A DNA stretch of 64,000 nt from Amoeboaphelidium protococcarum X5 (taxonomy: Eukaryota; Fungi; Aphelidiomycota), in contig JALDTO010000246.1 in assembly GCA_023515725.1 (NCBI GenBank), positions 1 to 64,000 on the forward strand. The letters are read 5' to 3'. Below, piece by piece: positions 28,155-42,135 of this stretch. Below the pieces are notes generated by a model that saw only the letters and a program-made list of their open reading frames with translations, had not been told where the DNA came from and ran no database searches. Position 1 is the first letter of the stretch; each line of letters begins with the position of its first letter. The translations under genes were made by a program, and so were the position numbers.

Positions 28155-30017
28155 TCAATTAGCCTCGGCACTTTTGGCTTTTAAATAACGTCTATCCACT
28201 TGATGAATGAAATATTCCCCAGAATTGCCGGTCCAACTAACAGAATTAGGACCATAATCCATCTTTTTGACTTTGAAAATACTAGCCATATCATTAATGT
28301 TATGGTCGGCAATCACATGATCCAATGACCTGAACGGCCTAAATGAGACCACGAACGCACCCTCTTTCAGATGTAAGAATAGCTGCATCAACTTCAAATT
28401 AGTCTCCTGGTCAAAGGCATAATTATTAACAAATACGACATCGGCACATTCAATAACTTTCAACACTTTCTGATCCCCCAGAAAGTCTCCCTTTCTCAAA
28501 TAAACATGAAAGTCATCGCGACCATACATCTTCATTCTCTCCTTGAACACATGCAGCTGCATCTTTCCATACAGAGCGGGCTACTCCATCAACTCCACCC
28601 CATAACACTTGGCCTTGGTCTGAGCAGTGACTTGGAGTGCAACATTTCCAATGCCGCTGCCAAGATCAATAAAAATATTATCCTTCTTAATAGGCAAAGT
28701 CTCAATTAATGTATTTACAATGTTATTTCCAGTTTCGCCATAAACTTCTTTGCTGAATCCTTTATAACTCCTCAAAGCATCAGGATTATCAACAGCGCGT
28801 GCATAAATCTAATCCAAAAATATCTTGGTCTAATTGTAACTCAGAGGCTTATCGTTAAAAGCTTCAAACTTATCATGCGATCTCATATCAGTTAAAATCT
28901 CATTATATTCTAGAACTAATTACTTGAGTAGAGTAAAATCCCTCTTCTTTACCGCACGCTCAATCCTACGATAAATCTTGTCTGAAAATGCATCTGACGG
29001 ATCTCCCAAGTCTTCAGTAAAATCATAAGCAAGCAGCTCAATAGTTTTCACCAAATCAACCAAAGGAGAATAACCATCTTTCAAAGGACTTATCATAGGG
29101 AATGTCTCAAACGTTCCTGAAGGATACAACAGCTCAACCTTTTCCACAGCATCGAGCACTTTAATGTCAGAACCTTTAGGGAAGAATTCATCCAGATGTT
29201 TGGCAACATAACTCATGGATGATACAATTTGCACAGAAGAAGCACCAGCATCTACAGCTTATCCTTTTGGCTAAATGGACGATGAGTGGTCTCTTCGCCG
29301 TTTCGATTTATCAGTCTTGCCATCTTCAACAGAATCGGAAGTCCTCTTATTGCCAGACACCGCAGCAGCCGGCTTCTTCACTACATCCTCAGTTTACGAT
29401 TTCTTCTCATGTCCATTTTTCTTCATGACTTCCACTTGATTCTCCTACTACAACTACTACTACTAAGTACTCTACTGCACAGAGCCAATTTCACCCACAG
29501 CAATATTATCTTCAGAACTGCGTCGGAATGAAACCAAAACAGCGGAAAACTTGCGGAGCTCTCCGTCGGCATCAACGCCCTTCAAATTGTCAAACAACTA
29601 CAACGCGATTGCTCTGCTGTCAAACGCCAAACTTTTCGTCGAACTCTGGCTAAGCGCTCTCGCCGGACTTTCTGTGCTCTGAACGCTGCAGTCTGAATCA
29701 AGTCTTTGGCGTGGAAATTATCTCTCACCACCAGCCTCTTCATCCTTTGCCATTTCGCGGTATCGTTACAAGTACTTATCAGCATTCTTCGCATGAGCTC
29801 TAATTGCATCTCCACTCACACCAATTTTGTGGGCCACTTGCATAATGTTTAGTCTTCCCAGCTTCAAGTCCACCAAACCAGCAACTTTGAGATCCAGAGG
29901 CACTCTGCGTTGAATTCTTTCATGAACATTATCCGATCGCAGTTAAGGCTAGGTGTCCACTAAAGTCATATGCTCCAAGCCCTCAATGTTGTAAGTCTTT
30001 TTTAATGAAGAAGGCAT
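28155..30017 (-). CDS. DOT1: Histone H3K79 methyltransferase Dot1 (620 aa) with N-terminal HTH-like segment
   Basis: VYGET, FIDLGSGIGNVALQ, GVELME, VFVNNYAF, SVSWTG; single frame from ATG 30017. Confidence 0.93.
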
Positions 30018-30252
30018 TACTCAGTATCTTGTAATAGTTTAGCACTGATGTGTAAGTTAGTGATAAATTTGTAATAAGAAAGTCTCCAAATAAATCAAGA
30101 TAGAAAAGATGGAGAAAGCACGCTAGAGAGTCAGTAAATCAATCAAAAGTAGAGGCACAAAGGTGAAACATCCAAAGGATAAACATAGCACAAAGGTGCA
30201 AAGGCTAAAGTTGAATTATACAAAGGAGAATGCGCACAGATATAAGATGCAA

Positions 30253-30936
30253 TCAATATTTTAACTCGCTCTAAATCGAACTTTCAAACGAATCACCGGA
30301 CACATCTATGATGTTGACCTTCTTCTCCGGCCCGTACAATTTGTGAATAATATTCTTATAGAACCTGGCGTGATGTTCGTAAAAGTCATGCTCCAACACC
30401 AGACGAAGGCTCTCATCGTCATTCTCCACTAATGGACCGTAATCAAGCTGCTTCACATGCGAACTTAAATCAATTAGTACCAGCCAGTCATCCTTCGACA
30501 GCGACTCTTTGATTTCATCTTTCTCCACTGTGCCTTCCTGTCTCTATCTGAAATATTTAATCTTTTTACACCAGGCCTAATTGCCATTGAATCCAGCGGC
30601 TATCATGAAATCATCAAAAGTTGGAATATGATATGTAATTTCAAACTCAAATCTCTCCCACATCTTGTTCGCAACACCCGCCAATAGCGACCTCTCATCC
30701 TTAACAGCTGTATCTTTTTTATACGTTTTACGCGTATTGTCAGCTTTATTTACTGAATGAGCAATGTGTGAAAGAATGGCTTATTGGTAGAATTCCTTGA
30801 CTTTCTCAAGCTTAGCAAGCTTTCCGCTCAGTAGCTCCCAGTCAGCTTTCTCTTCATTAGTCGCCTTATTAACATAACAAACCAAACAGTATTCTTCTTG
30901 GCAAAAGTCTTGTATTCGTCGCTATTCTCCAACTGT
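30253..30936 (-). CDS. Hypothetical protein, 5' end unresolved
   Basis: TGA-free frame of about 228 codons ending at TGA 30253-30255; no clear start, possible frameshift or intron near 30880. Confidence 0.4.
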
Positions 30937-31099
30937 TCAATCTTCTTTTCAACGGCCTTAGTTCCGGTGCAAAATCCATTTTGTTACTTCCACAAAGTGA
31001 AATTAAAAGAAAGCTAAGATCAACGCGGCATAATATTTTCTATCAAATCAAGTAACATTCATAACTTCTTTAACATCATCATCAAAAAGCGCATTGTAC

Positions 31100-34000
31100 T
31101 CAATAGTTATTTTTCTCTCGAGTCTACTCAGAACTTTTCAAGTCTGGAGATGAGGACAACTTCTGAGTATGCAGCGGAAGATTAGGAGCAGACTCACGCA
31201 GAGGAGACTACAGTGGCTGACCAGGCATGAAATTGACAAATCCAATCTGATTAGATGGACTAACAGGCAACTAGGCGGCAGTCATGCCGATGGGCTTCAG
31301 CTAGTTATTGCTCATCGTAGGACGCAAGTTCCACTCTTAAGAGATTGCAGGAGATCTTGGAGGTGGTGTTCTCGATGTTTTCAGAGGGGTCATCGGATAA
31401 CCGTGTCTCATCTAATTCTCCAGAGCTTTTCTCATCTTGATTTCCGCAATCGCAGACTTAATCTTCTTGCGCGGTCCTAGTGGAATTCCCAACTCCTTCA
31501 GATCATCTTCAGTCAACTGCAAAAACATATCAAAGTCGACTTCATTCTCAGACATGACTTGCTTGTACTTGGATAGCTCCAGCTGATCTAGCAAAACGCT
31601 AAGCTTATTTTCGCGATGATTGACAGACAGTATGGATTTCACGACAGACTGCAAAAGCTGATTGTTCTCATATGGATCGTCATGTAGAGGAGCACTGTAT
31701 GGCCCAGCCGCGAAAGTACTCGTCTCAATCTTCAGACCAGGTGGAATTTTCTTATTAAAGCTATCTCCCACAGGAGATCGTGCCGTGAAAGAGGACATTT
31801 GGTAGTCGCGATTGATTGTACCAGTGGATATGGATAGTTGATGCAGTTTTGGGCTTTGTGGGCTTTGGCTGTACTATGATAGCGCATATTGAGACTGCGA
31901 AAATCCAGAAGCATCTGGACTGAATGGCGCAGCAGACACTGATCTAGCCAACAAGGAATTTCCAATTGCAGACTTTAACAAATGTCTATTTCCAGATTCA
32001 GGACGCGCCCTTGTCGGAGTCGTCAGACTACTAGAAGTCTGAATGGACGCAGAGTTTGATTTTCTTAACTTCTTCACCTTCTGACTTAGACGAGAGTTAG
32101 GAGCAGATGAGTTCATCCGTCCATCCTGACCTACCGTCAAGGCAGCAAAGTTGAAACTCTTATTGAACAGAACATCAACAGAACTTCTGGAACCACTTGC
32201 CTTACGCGCCTTTTAACTATCTTCATTAGAAGAGTCACCCTCCTAAAACGACAGTGGATACTGCTCAACATTTTGAGAGGCAAGGCGACTGTGCAGAGAC
32301 GACAGCGATTTCACCAAATCAGCTTCTTCAGCAACTTTGGTCGAAATTTAAATCACAGGCGCACCATCAAGATTAGACGACTTCCATGTAAATTTCTGGA
32401 AGCAATCATTCGCCAACTTATCAACATCTGGTGTCAAATCTGCTTTCAGACAATAGGCATACTAAACTGGTATATGCTACGAGAAATACTAGACAGCCAG
32501 ATCGACTTTGTTTTTTAAACCAACTGCAACGACGGTAGGTGAACATGTATTTACAGACGGCAACTGGATTTAGACTTCAAATTACTTCTGTGCAGACAGA
32601 GCCAAATCTTTACCAAATCTGTTAAAGAGATACTGATAGCGTAGAGGAACATTAAACTTCTATTTCACAAAGTTTTGGTAGTTCTCATCAGCAATCGAGA
32701 GCACCGTTGTTTTCAATTGGTTCAAATTAGACGCATTTTTGGCAGGCGTACGAGCCATTACGTTCAAATCACCATCCTAAAATCCGCCAATACCATCAAA
32801 GTCGGACAAGTTTTTAAACTTGATGTAGACGCCATACTACTTCATCACCACCTAGATATTCTTACCGCCAATACCAATAATTCTCTTGTGATGCTATAGA
32901 GGTACATAAAACTGGATCTCAGCGGGCAGCTCATCAATCAATTAATCAACTCCATTGCAGAAGTTATTCATCAAATTCGACTGCAAGCGCAGGGTCAACA
33001 CATCAGGATTAGTTTCGTCAAACGATAAAACAACGTTGGTATTCTTCTCAATCTTGATCAACTTACCATTCTTCTTACCGGTAATGAAATCCATATACTC
33101 TGGTGCCATATCGCAAATGAACACGCTCTGACTTACGAACCTATGTAGGTTGTCGATTACTTGAATCTGATTCAGGGCTTTCATAAACTACTTGGCCTCG
33201 CAGTACATTTAAATAGAAGAGCCATCGTTGTATAAAGTAGCGGGAACTTCTTGCGCAATTCTGATGAATGCCTGTGTCTTCGCATGCTTTAGTTCAGCGC
33301 GGACATCCGACTTCAATCCAAAGGATCCCAGGACAGAATTTTGCAACAGATTGGCCACATCCTTACAAGCCTCACCAAGTGTAGCGTAAACCAACGATTG
33401 CACCTCACAATAATCCTTAAAGATAGCAATTGAGCAGCTCCAACGGGTGGCAATTGATTGGATTTCCTTCTCAAACATGGTGTCTAACATCAACAGCTTG
33501 TCAGGATTAGCGCGCACAAATTTTTATAATGGTTTCTAAGAGCTAGGGATACGCAATGCTGAAAAGAGCTCCTAAGCTTCTTACAGCTGAGCATCACTAT
33601 CAGATGAAATGAACAACTCAACCTCCTCATCGCCATTGTTGATCATGCAAGGCAGGAAGAAGACAGATTAAGTTTTGTCTTGAATAGCGCGGATGTTACT
33701 CATATATCTTCCACACATCAGAGACAAATGCTATGCAGTTACTTTCATGGAAGTCACCTTGCGCCCAGCCAACTACTCAAAAAAGACTTTCAGCATCATA
33801 CGCGCATTATGGACATCAGTGAACGCACCAATGATCTCAATCTCAACCTCACCAACACCATCAATGCGGTAAAAAGCAGGGCAATTATATCCAACCTGTG
33901 ACAACTTGACATTCACCTGCACCTCATAGTCTTGCATAACCTGGGTGAACTTGCCTTCAACACTATCCTTAAGATTCAACTCCTCGCCAAACACGTAGTA

Positions 34001-34321
34001 CATGCCAGCATTGATCAAAGCGATGTATTGCTGGGGATGAGCGCGCAAAATAGCTTCCTTAGCTTCACTTAACCCACTATCATCACCAGTCATGGCGACA
34101 ACAATATACGCGGCATCGGCATTCTTGCAGTCATACAGCTCGCCTGTCACTTCAAAATTTGCACTCACTTGCTTTAAAGTCTGCTCGACTTGATCACGCA
34201 GATTCTTAAGATCAACCTAACTGATCTTCGCAGCGGTGGCGCGTGTTTCAACCTGATCGTCACCATCTAACGCGCGCTGTTTACCAGAAACAGGGAAAAT
34301 GGAAATATTTTGCTAGGCCAT
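31100..34321 (-). CDS. Multi-KH RNA-binding protein (Mug60/YLL032C-like) with C-terminal SAM domain (1073 aa)
   Basis: FITGKKNGKLIKI, HHKRIIGIGGKNIQ, NVMARTPAKNA; SAM motif FLQLTEDDLKELGIPLGPRKKI. Confidence 0.85.
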
Positions 34322-34924
34322 AGTAGATGCACTTTCAATTATGGTTCAGTTGCAGGTGATTTTTTAATATACAGAGTTATTATCTTCAAGAGTATGAAAA
34401 TAGATCTCACTATCATGTAGGACGAATTTAGGTTGATAACATTGCAGCCATTTAATCAGCGAATCAGGCGTTTACATGCTAAATTGCTTTAATTACCTCT
34501 CGTAATGCAATGAGCAACTAAGTAGTTAAAGCTGCTTAAAAGGGGTTAATATCTATATCTTAAGTGGAGATATATATATACTAATATTACTTAGTGTAAA
34601 TATCCATAAGTTCGTAACATCTCCGTCCAATAGTAGCAATAAGATCCAGAGTGTTGACATTGATTAGACAACAACATCAAACCAACTCACCAGCCTACTA
34701 TAAGCCGCCTGTTACTCGTTTTCATATATTTAACTATCATATATCACTAAGAGTTAGGATGTGGCCTTGATCAACTTTGAACTACATTAAAGAGATCCAC
34801 AATAGAAACGACTCATAATCAGGGGTCCGTCAGTTTGTAACAGGAGGCCCTTGAGATCGCGCCATCGTACAGTAGTACTAACTATTTTCATGGAAATCAA
34901 TCACACGTATGCAGTTGAGAAAAT

Positions 34925-36214
34925 ATGCTTCAAAGTAATGATAAAATACACCTGCTTCCTGGAGTAAAGTGTACGTATACTTCCAGTACAGAGATTTATA
35001 CATAGTAGTAGCGAAGTATTGTAACGTATGATTTAGCTGTCCCACCTGAAGCTTCAAACGCGACCAGATATCACTTTAGAGGTATTATTGTGATTGTAGA
35101 CGCAGCTACTTACCAATTTGAGTTATCAAGTAATGGCTTTAGTAAATTGTAATTATCCACTGGTGGAATGCCAATATTCACTCTACAGAATTCTGGATTT
35201 CATTTGAGGTCGAGCTCTGGAAATGTGACTCTGTATCAATAAATGTATGAAGTCGAACTGGAGTACAGACTAACGACTAATTAAGGATAGCCAGTAGTGT
35301 CTGTGAACTGCTTCAAGAATGAAATATGGGATTTCCTCGGTATATCGCGCATCAGAATTGATTTATCAAAGCAGCTAGTCCATCTAGGTGATAACAAACG
35401 CGATATTATGGCTGAAGCTTTGAGTAATCGCAGTTAAAGAGACGATTCTGCAGTCTGTTTTTAGTCTGATATAGAAAGCATAGATCAAGATTCTGATATT
35501 GATGATGGTGATGGTCATTTTTTAACAGGAAATGATAAGTCTTCCAATGAAGAAGTGGGCATTGATAATGAAAATCAAGTTTCAGCAATGAGATCTGTTA
35601 TTGACGATTATGAAGAAGCTTTAGAAGTGATGGATTTAAGGTATCAAGTTTAGATAGAAAAGCTATAGCGCGCACTCGAGTACGAGAAACTGAGAAACGA
35701 CAGTCTGTTGAAACTGTTATCACAATCAACTACACTTGCTCGGTAGATGGGAGGTAGAACTCAAAGTTTAAATGATCATTCGTAGTCTCCGTCTGCGGCG
35801 CAGTTTCGCTATAGACAATCGTTTATGGAATCTCCTTACAATTAATCTAATATCTCGTCATGTCAAGTGACGTTTTCTGATGGTCACTCATCTGGTACAA
35901 TGTTATCCTCTTCTGATAAGGAAATAGTCGGTAAGCACATGGCTGATATTGATCATCTCAAACTATTATACTTTTAATCTACTGCATTGGCGATTAAACT
36001 GCACATGTCCACTAATGCGTAAGTCAAGGTACAGCAATGTAAAAGTGTAAAGAACCGCCTCAGTCAGCTATTTTGTACCAGACGCAAGACGCGTTCCGTT
36101 GATCTTGATCTCATGGATCTGTATGAGAAACTTAGATCTCGCCACACTCCAGTCAATCAATGGTCTCTCTGCATATCTGATTTTTTACACGAGTAGCTCA
36201 ACTATTCCCAATGA
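34925..36214 (+). CDS. Protein with PA14-like beta domain, acidic linker and coiled coil (429 aa)
   Basis: PGVKCTY...YHFRGIIVIVDAATYQFELSSNG...SGNVTLYQQMYEVELEY; TGA 36212-36214. Upstream exons are possible. Confidence 0.55.
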
Positions 36215-36928
36215 TGAAAGGTAATAATATACTCTTTCTCATGTCAGTGTAGTGAACATTGATTCTGTAATATAAACTCAGGGGAACTCGGAAGTAATAA
36301 TTGATGAGCGATAATGATATTTCTGCTATTAGAGATATGTTTGTTTAGAATAAGCTCCATGTACTATACTTAATAATACTTATTGATTTTAGGCTTACTT
36401 ACAAATTGACAGACATATCACTGTTGTTTCAGGAATAGAGCTGGCAGGTCAAATCAGCTTAGCAACCGGTCGAAGAAACAATTGAGCTTCCCTTCTTTAT
36501 CAAAAAATTCACCCGATCGTGCGAGAGGCGACCAAATACGGGCCAAATTTATATTGAAGTAAAAATAGCACCCATTTGATTTGGTGACGGAAACATTGAT
36601 AGAGGATGGGGAGTGGAAAAGAGTTAAAGTAGTCGTAGGAAAGCGAGAGTCTTACCTTTGATTTTGGCATATGGATTGACTAAATACACACACACACACA
36701 CGCGCGATCCTCCGTCGCCTACCACCACTTTACTCCTGCTCCGCGAATCATCCTACTGGGAGTCATTATTATAATTTGGAGTTGCTATATACGATAGAAA
36801 ATATTTTGATTCAGTAACTGAAAAAACTTGTTTCAAGCGCGCCCATTGTACTACTGTATATGATGAAATTTATTCAATTTTTTATTTAATATAAAACGCG
36901 AAACTCGCCATAATCATACAAGACACCA

Positions 36929-38240
36929 TCACTCGACATTCTTCTGCATCAAATGTTCCAACTACTTAAAATCTTCTAGACATGCTTTTTCAAATTCGGG
37001 GTCCTCAACATTAGCACGTCTGACGCTGTGGTTAAAATCAATAATTCTTAATGTGCCATCTTAGCCTTTCATCACGTTACGCAAACCAAAGTCTCCATGA
37101 GCAACACCTTTGGAATGCATTGCAGTTAAAGCAGCAGCAAAATAGTCATGTTCAGCCTTAATATGCTATAGTGTTGCAGGTAGCAACTCTTCGAACAACA
37201 AACCGTGGATCCAATCATCAATCACTACATGACCATGCAATCTTGGTATGATAACGTCCTGCAACTCTTTCAAATCTTAATAACAACTAAGTTCATTCTA
37301 AAACGCAATCATTCGAAGCCCATCAGGGTCTTTGTCAGGATCAAACAGCTTAAGCACAGTCTATACAGCTGAGGACACATCCACCTTAACTACTTGACCC
37401 AAGTCCGATCCACCAATGGGGCGCCCAAATCTAAGCTGATGCAATTTCAGACGTAATACTCCTTCAATGGGGGTCCGCAAACGAAAATTCATCGCCGGAG
37501 ATGTATATGGAGATCCATAAAAGTAGTTCTTAGAATCACATTTCCAAAAGAGAGCCGCTAATGCCGTGATTAATGTAAATGGTTCACTTTACTCGCGCAA
37601 TACAGCAGGAGTCACCTGTAGAATATTCCGAGTGAAGCCATCATCTCCACCCCGACGCAGAAAGTAATACTTATCGTACGTACCTATAAAGCCGTAGCGA
37701 TGATTATTAACCGACATATATCCATACTCCTGTTGCAGTACCGACTATATCTTTTACTCCTTAGATGTATCCTTCAATCCACCAGCTAAATGATTACCAA
37801 CATCCAAAGCCCAACTAGTTTTAATTTCCATAGTCATTAAGCACCTACCCGAAGCGGATCCATCCTGCTTCTACTTTACAATCAAATCAGGAAGCAACAC
37901 GCAATCACCCGGATTTATCCAAAAGCATATATCTTGCACCCAAGATGAGATAATATTTCTTCCACGACCAATAATTGTTATTTAAAAATCAGAAATTTCA
38001 CACTCTCTTCATTTGCAACGGTATGCGTCTCATGTCTAAGATTAATCGCAATATCATCATCCAATTACTCGGACTTACTATTTAGGAAGGGAGCAACAAC
38101 ATCCTAATAAAAAGAGGGCCATTCTTCGACAGTTACTTCCTCAATCAGACCTGGATTCGCAGGAGCGGTGAGATCAGTTTTAGTGCGACATCAGCAACCA
38201 CAACAGGCGGAGGAATGTAATTCAACGCGTAATTCAGTTT
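36929..38240 (-). pseudogene. Crinkler-type PD-(D/E)xK nuclease + protein kinase gene; 3' about 330 codons intact, apparent frameshifts near 37920 and 38190
   Basis: PDLIV...MEIKTSW...QQEYGYMSVNNHRYGFIGTYDKYYFLRR then VLKLFD, NELSCYQDLKELQ, HGDFGLRNVM, IIDF. Confidence 0.75.
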
Positions 38241-39186
38241 GATTATTTTTTTATCATACAATACTGTATGAGTAAGAAGCTTGGTGCAATACAATAGAAT
38301 ATAAAAAAATCCAATCAGGGGGAATCACACCGCCCAATCGATTCAGTTAACTTTTCACCGCTCTAAATGAACTATCCAGAGTAGGTGGCTATTCTCGAGT
38401 GATGAGAAACAATTAATATTTAACATTTTGTCAGCATAAACTTTAAGCGATATCAAGCACCCCTCACGGTCCCGGCGGCCTGGTCTTGAGCCAGACAAGC
38501 AGTCAGATTAGACTGGATCCTCGGAATTGCCAAGTGAAACCAGTAGCTCGTCAAGACCGATCTCATATATTTAATCGCATAGTCTTTAATGCTACAATAC
38601 TTTCTATGGTACCTGCTATGTTTTTACTTATCTATCTAAAAGTGAATACATCTACAATTCTTCATCGTGGCTCAAGATCTGCACCGACGCGTGTGAAACA
38701 ACTTCAACTTCACTGTGGACGCTCCTCTTCAGGATCATTAGACTCTACTTATTCATTCTGATATCAAACGATCTACCGTTAAATTCAAATCGAAACCTAA
38801 ACCTACGGATAGTCGTGGATGATTGCATTAACCTAGTTGGTAAGGGAGATAAAATCAAACGGTATTGGATGTGTTGATCAGTTAGTAGTTATCTATTTGA
38901 ATTCCAATGACCCTCAAAGCGTACGCGTTCAGAGACGTGAGAACAAACATTGAGAACAAACAAAACGGTAGTGGAGGGGGCCAATTGTTGCATTTAAACT
39001 TGAATGAATTAATGAAGTTCAAAAGCTTTAATTAGTTATTCAGACTTACTATAATATAATTAACCATAGACAGTTATCATATTTATTACTGATTATTTCT
39101 TACTAGATTCATAATCCAGGCCCCAATAATCAGATTCAAAGTTATTTTTACAATTAATTTTGTCTTGCAATAATAAAGAAGACGGT

Positions 39187-42135
39187 ATGTAACAATAGAC
39201 TGAAGAGGATCCTATTTGCAAGGCTTGTAACAAGGCTATTATGGAGGGAAATGTAGTAGCATTCGGCGAGTCTGTGTGGCATGTGGAGTGTTTTCGGTGC
39301 GCCAAGTGTGCGAAATCTCTTGATGCTGAGGATTCAATGACTAGCAACATTCTGCTGCTCACAGATGGTAATCCAGTGTGTGAGACCTGTTGTTACTTGT
39401 GTGCGGCATGTGGTAAAAACATTTCGGATGAAGCTATTATGACTGGTGATGAGTCTTATCATGAAGAGTGTTTCCAATGCTCTGTCTGCCGTAATCCCAT
39501 CTCAGATCTGGTGTTTGCCAAGAGTCCTAATGACAATCGATTGTTGATCTGTATGAATTGTCATAAGCAGCAACTATAGTCTCCTGTATCCCCTGTCAGT
39601 GCTTAGAGCGGAATTGGAGTTCATAGCAATGAATCTTTGAATTAGAACAATGCTGTCAATGAACAGCTCAGGAAGGATCTTGGTATGACCAGAAGCAAGT
39701 TGGAAGATACGGAGCGGTTGCTTTAGAAATTGAAGGATGTCTCCCGCAATGCGCTGGATGAGTTCGCCAAGACTAAGGACAGTCTTTTGCGTGAGAAAGA
39801 GTTCAGAACTAAAGCAGAGAAGGCTATCAGTCTTATGAAGGCTGAGTTGGACCGGCTGCGTCTGAATGACAAGACTTTGACTTTGGAGGTGTAGAGATTG
39901 AAGAATTTGGATGACTTTAACCAACGTCGTGCATCAATGGCCTAGTAGTAGAGTATTTAGCAGGCCAATAGTCGCTAGAATGATGAACTCTTGTAGAAGA
40001 AGGTTCAATTGTAGAGCGAAATTGAGCAGTTGGAACGATCCAAGTTTGTGCTTGAGTAGGATGTACAGAATCTATAGCAGTCCAAGAGTAAGACGATATC
40101 TGATATTAAAACTCTGGCTGACAGTATAGGCGATGATTCTGCCATTGGAATTGATTCTGATGCTTAGGTGCTTATCAAATTGTATTAGAAGTTTTTGGAG
40201 ATCAGCAATGATAAAGTGGAATCGATTTAGAGTGAGTATAGGACTGTAAAAGAAGATGTGGCATCTTTGAACACATAGAAAGCCGAGCTTATTGAAGAAG
40301 TTGCGGATTTGCTCAAGTAGCGAGAATCTGCTGCTGCTCAAAAGCCAACCGCCGTAGTGACAAGTAAGTCTCACAAGAACCTCCCTCTACCAAAGATACC
40401 TAGTAAGAGTAAGCTGGTTGTTAAGTCTTCGGATAGCATCACTTCTTCACCTTTGCCGGCATCTTCTCATCCGGCAGATAAGATGTCTAATATTGGCTCA
40501 GTATCAAGCATTGGAGACAGTCCAATATCACCGACGCTGTAGGCTGGTATCGATTCCGCTAATGCTTTAAAAGCTCAACTGACGGAGGTGGATGGTAGCG
40601 CTTAATAATCTGCTGTGAAACAATAGCATACACAAACTATTGGAAGAACGGCCACCAAGTTCAAGATTATGAAGAAGGAGAAGAAGATTGTGACTCTGAA
40701 GCGGCCTCATAATTTCTAAGCTGTCCCGTTCCTTGTGCCTGCAAAGTGTATGGTTTGCAATGATAAAGTTTGGCAGATGAAGGCAAAGGACTTTTTGTGT
40801 AAAGATTGTGGTTTGGCATGTCACGCCAAGTGCATGTCATCAACGTCTGCGGATTGTGGTGGGCCTAATGGAAAGAACGCGAATACTTAGATTCCGGTGT
40901 TTGGAACGGACATAGATACGCTCACATCCATTGAAGGTAGAATGGTACCGCATGTGATTGAGAAGTGCGTAGTCACGATTGAGAAGAGAGGTCTGGACTC
41001 GGAGGGAATTTATCGAAAGAGTGGACTGCAGTCTCAAGTCAAAACGCTGATCGAAATGTGGAATACCTCAAAGGTTAACGGAGATGATATTGATCTGATG
41101 GATGCTGATACCTGGCCTGATATTAATGTGGTGTCTGCCACGCTGAAGCAGTATTTCCGGATGCTCCCAAGTCCTCTGTTCACTTTTGATCTCTATGGAA
41201 ACTTTATCGCTGCCCTGATGGAGGAGGATTAAGTTAATAGAATTTCAGCGCTTGCACAAGCCGTGTCTCGTATGCCTGATCCCAACTTTGAGACACTCAA
41301 GTACTTGGTCAGTCATTTGATAAAGGTGGCAGAAATGTCCAATGTCAATTTGATGGGTGCCAAGAATCTGGCGACTGTGTTCGGTCCTAATATGCTCAAA
41401 TCGCCTGCAGAGAAAGCTGCCAGTGAAAATGGCGAGGTTAATGCTGTGGCTGAGCTTGGCGATATGGGCTACAAGAATGCAGTGATTGAGAATATGATTC
41501 TATTCGGTAAGAAGATATTTGCTGCTGCAGATGCACTACGATTGGACTCTAGTGCTGACATAGCGTAATACGTTAATGATGAGTAGGAACCTCAAGCTTT
41601 ACCGCAGTAATCGCCGGAGCAGGATTCTAAATCCCCAATTTCAAATGCATCGTCATCATCACCTGGTAGTAATAGAGCAGACGGTGCTGGCAAGTTGAGC
41701 ACATACTCAGCCGCGAATCGCAAAGAGTCGTCAATGGCAGCCACGGTAGCTCTTGCTCATATGATGAAACACAGCAACAGTACAGACACCACCCATGTGC
41801 CCAACTACGAAGCTAATAGTTATGCTCTGGTTTCCCAAGAAGAGGAAATACCTTCAGTGGAGAGTTCATTTAATCCTGCTGCAAGAAATCCACTGGAAGA
41901 AGCAGCCAGGCGACCACAAAGTAAGTATGATGAGTTTGCTGCCAGCTTTATCAAGCAAGTGAATAGAACATCGAAGTTGAGTAGTGTCACCTATCCTGAA
42001 GATGTGAACATGCCGACTACTCCGATCAGCAATAATGCGTCTCCTTTCAGCTAGTACGGATCGTAATAATAATAACAACAATAGTAGTAGTAGTAGTAAC
42101 AGCATCCGGCGGGTGATCACATACACTACTCGTGA
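39187..42135 (+). CDS. LIM-LIM/coiled-coil/C1/RhoGAP protein (Rga1/2-like, 982 aa)
   Basis: CKAC...WHVECFRCAKC; C1 HNF...CMVC...CKDCGLACHAKC; GIYRKSG, LKQYFRMLP, NLATVFGP; poly-Q encoded by TAA/CAA/TAG/CAG at 42064-42102. Confidence 0.93.

Noticed and set aside
38455-38560. GC-rich stem (GGTCTTGA/TCAAGACC) as an HDV-like or hammerhead ribozyme
   Set aside because: I could not build the P1/P2 pairings or find a CUGANGA/GAAA core.
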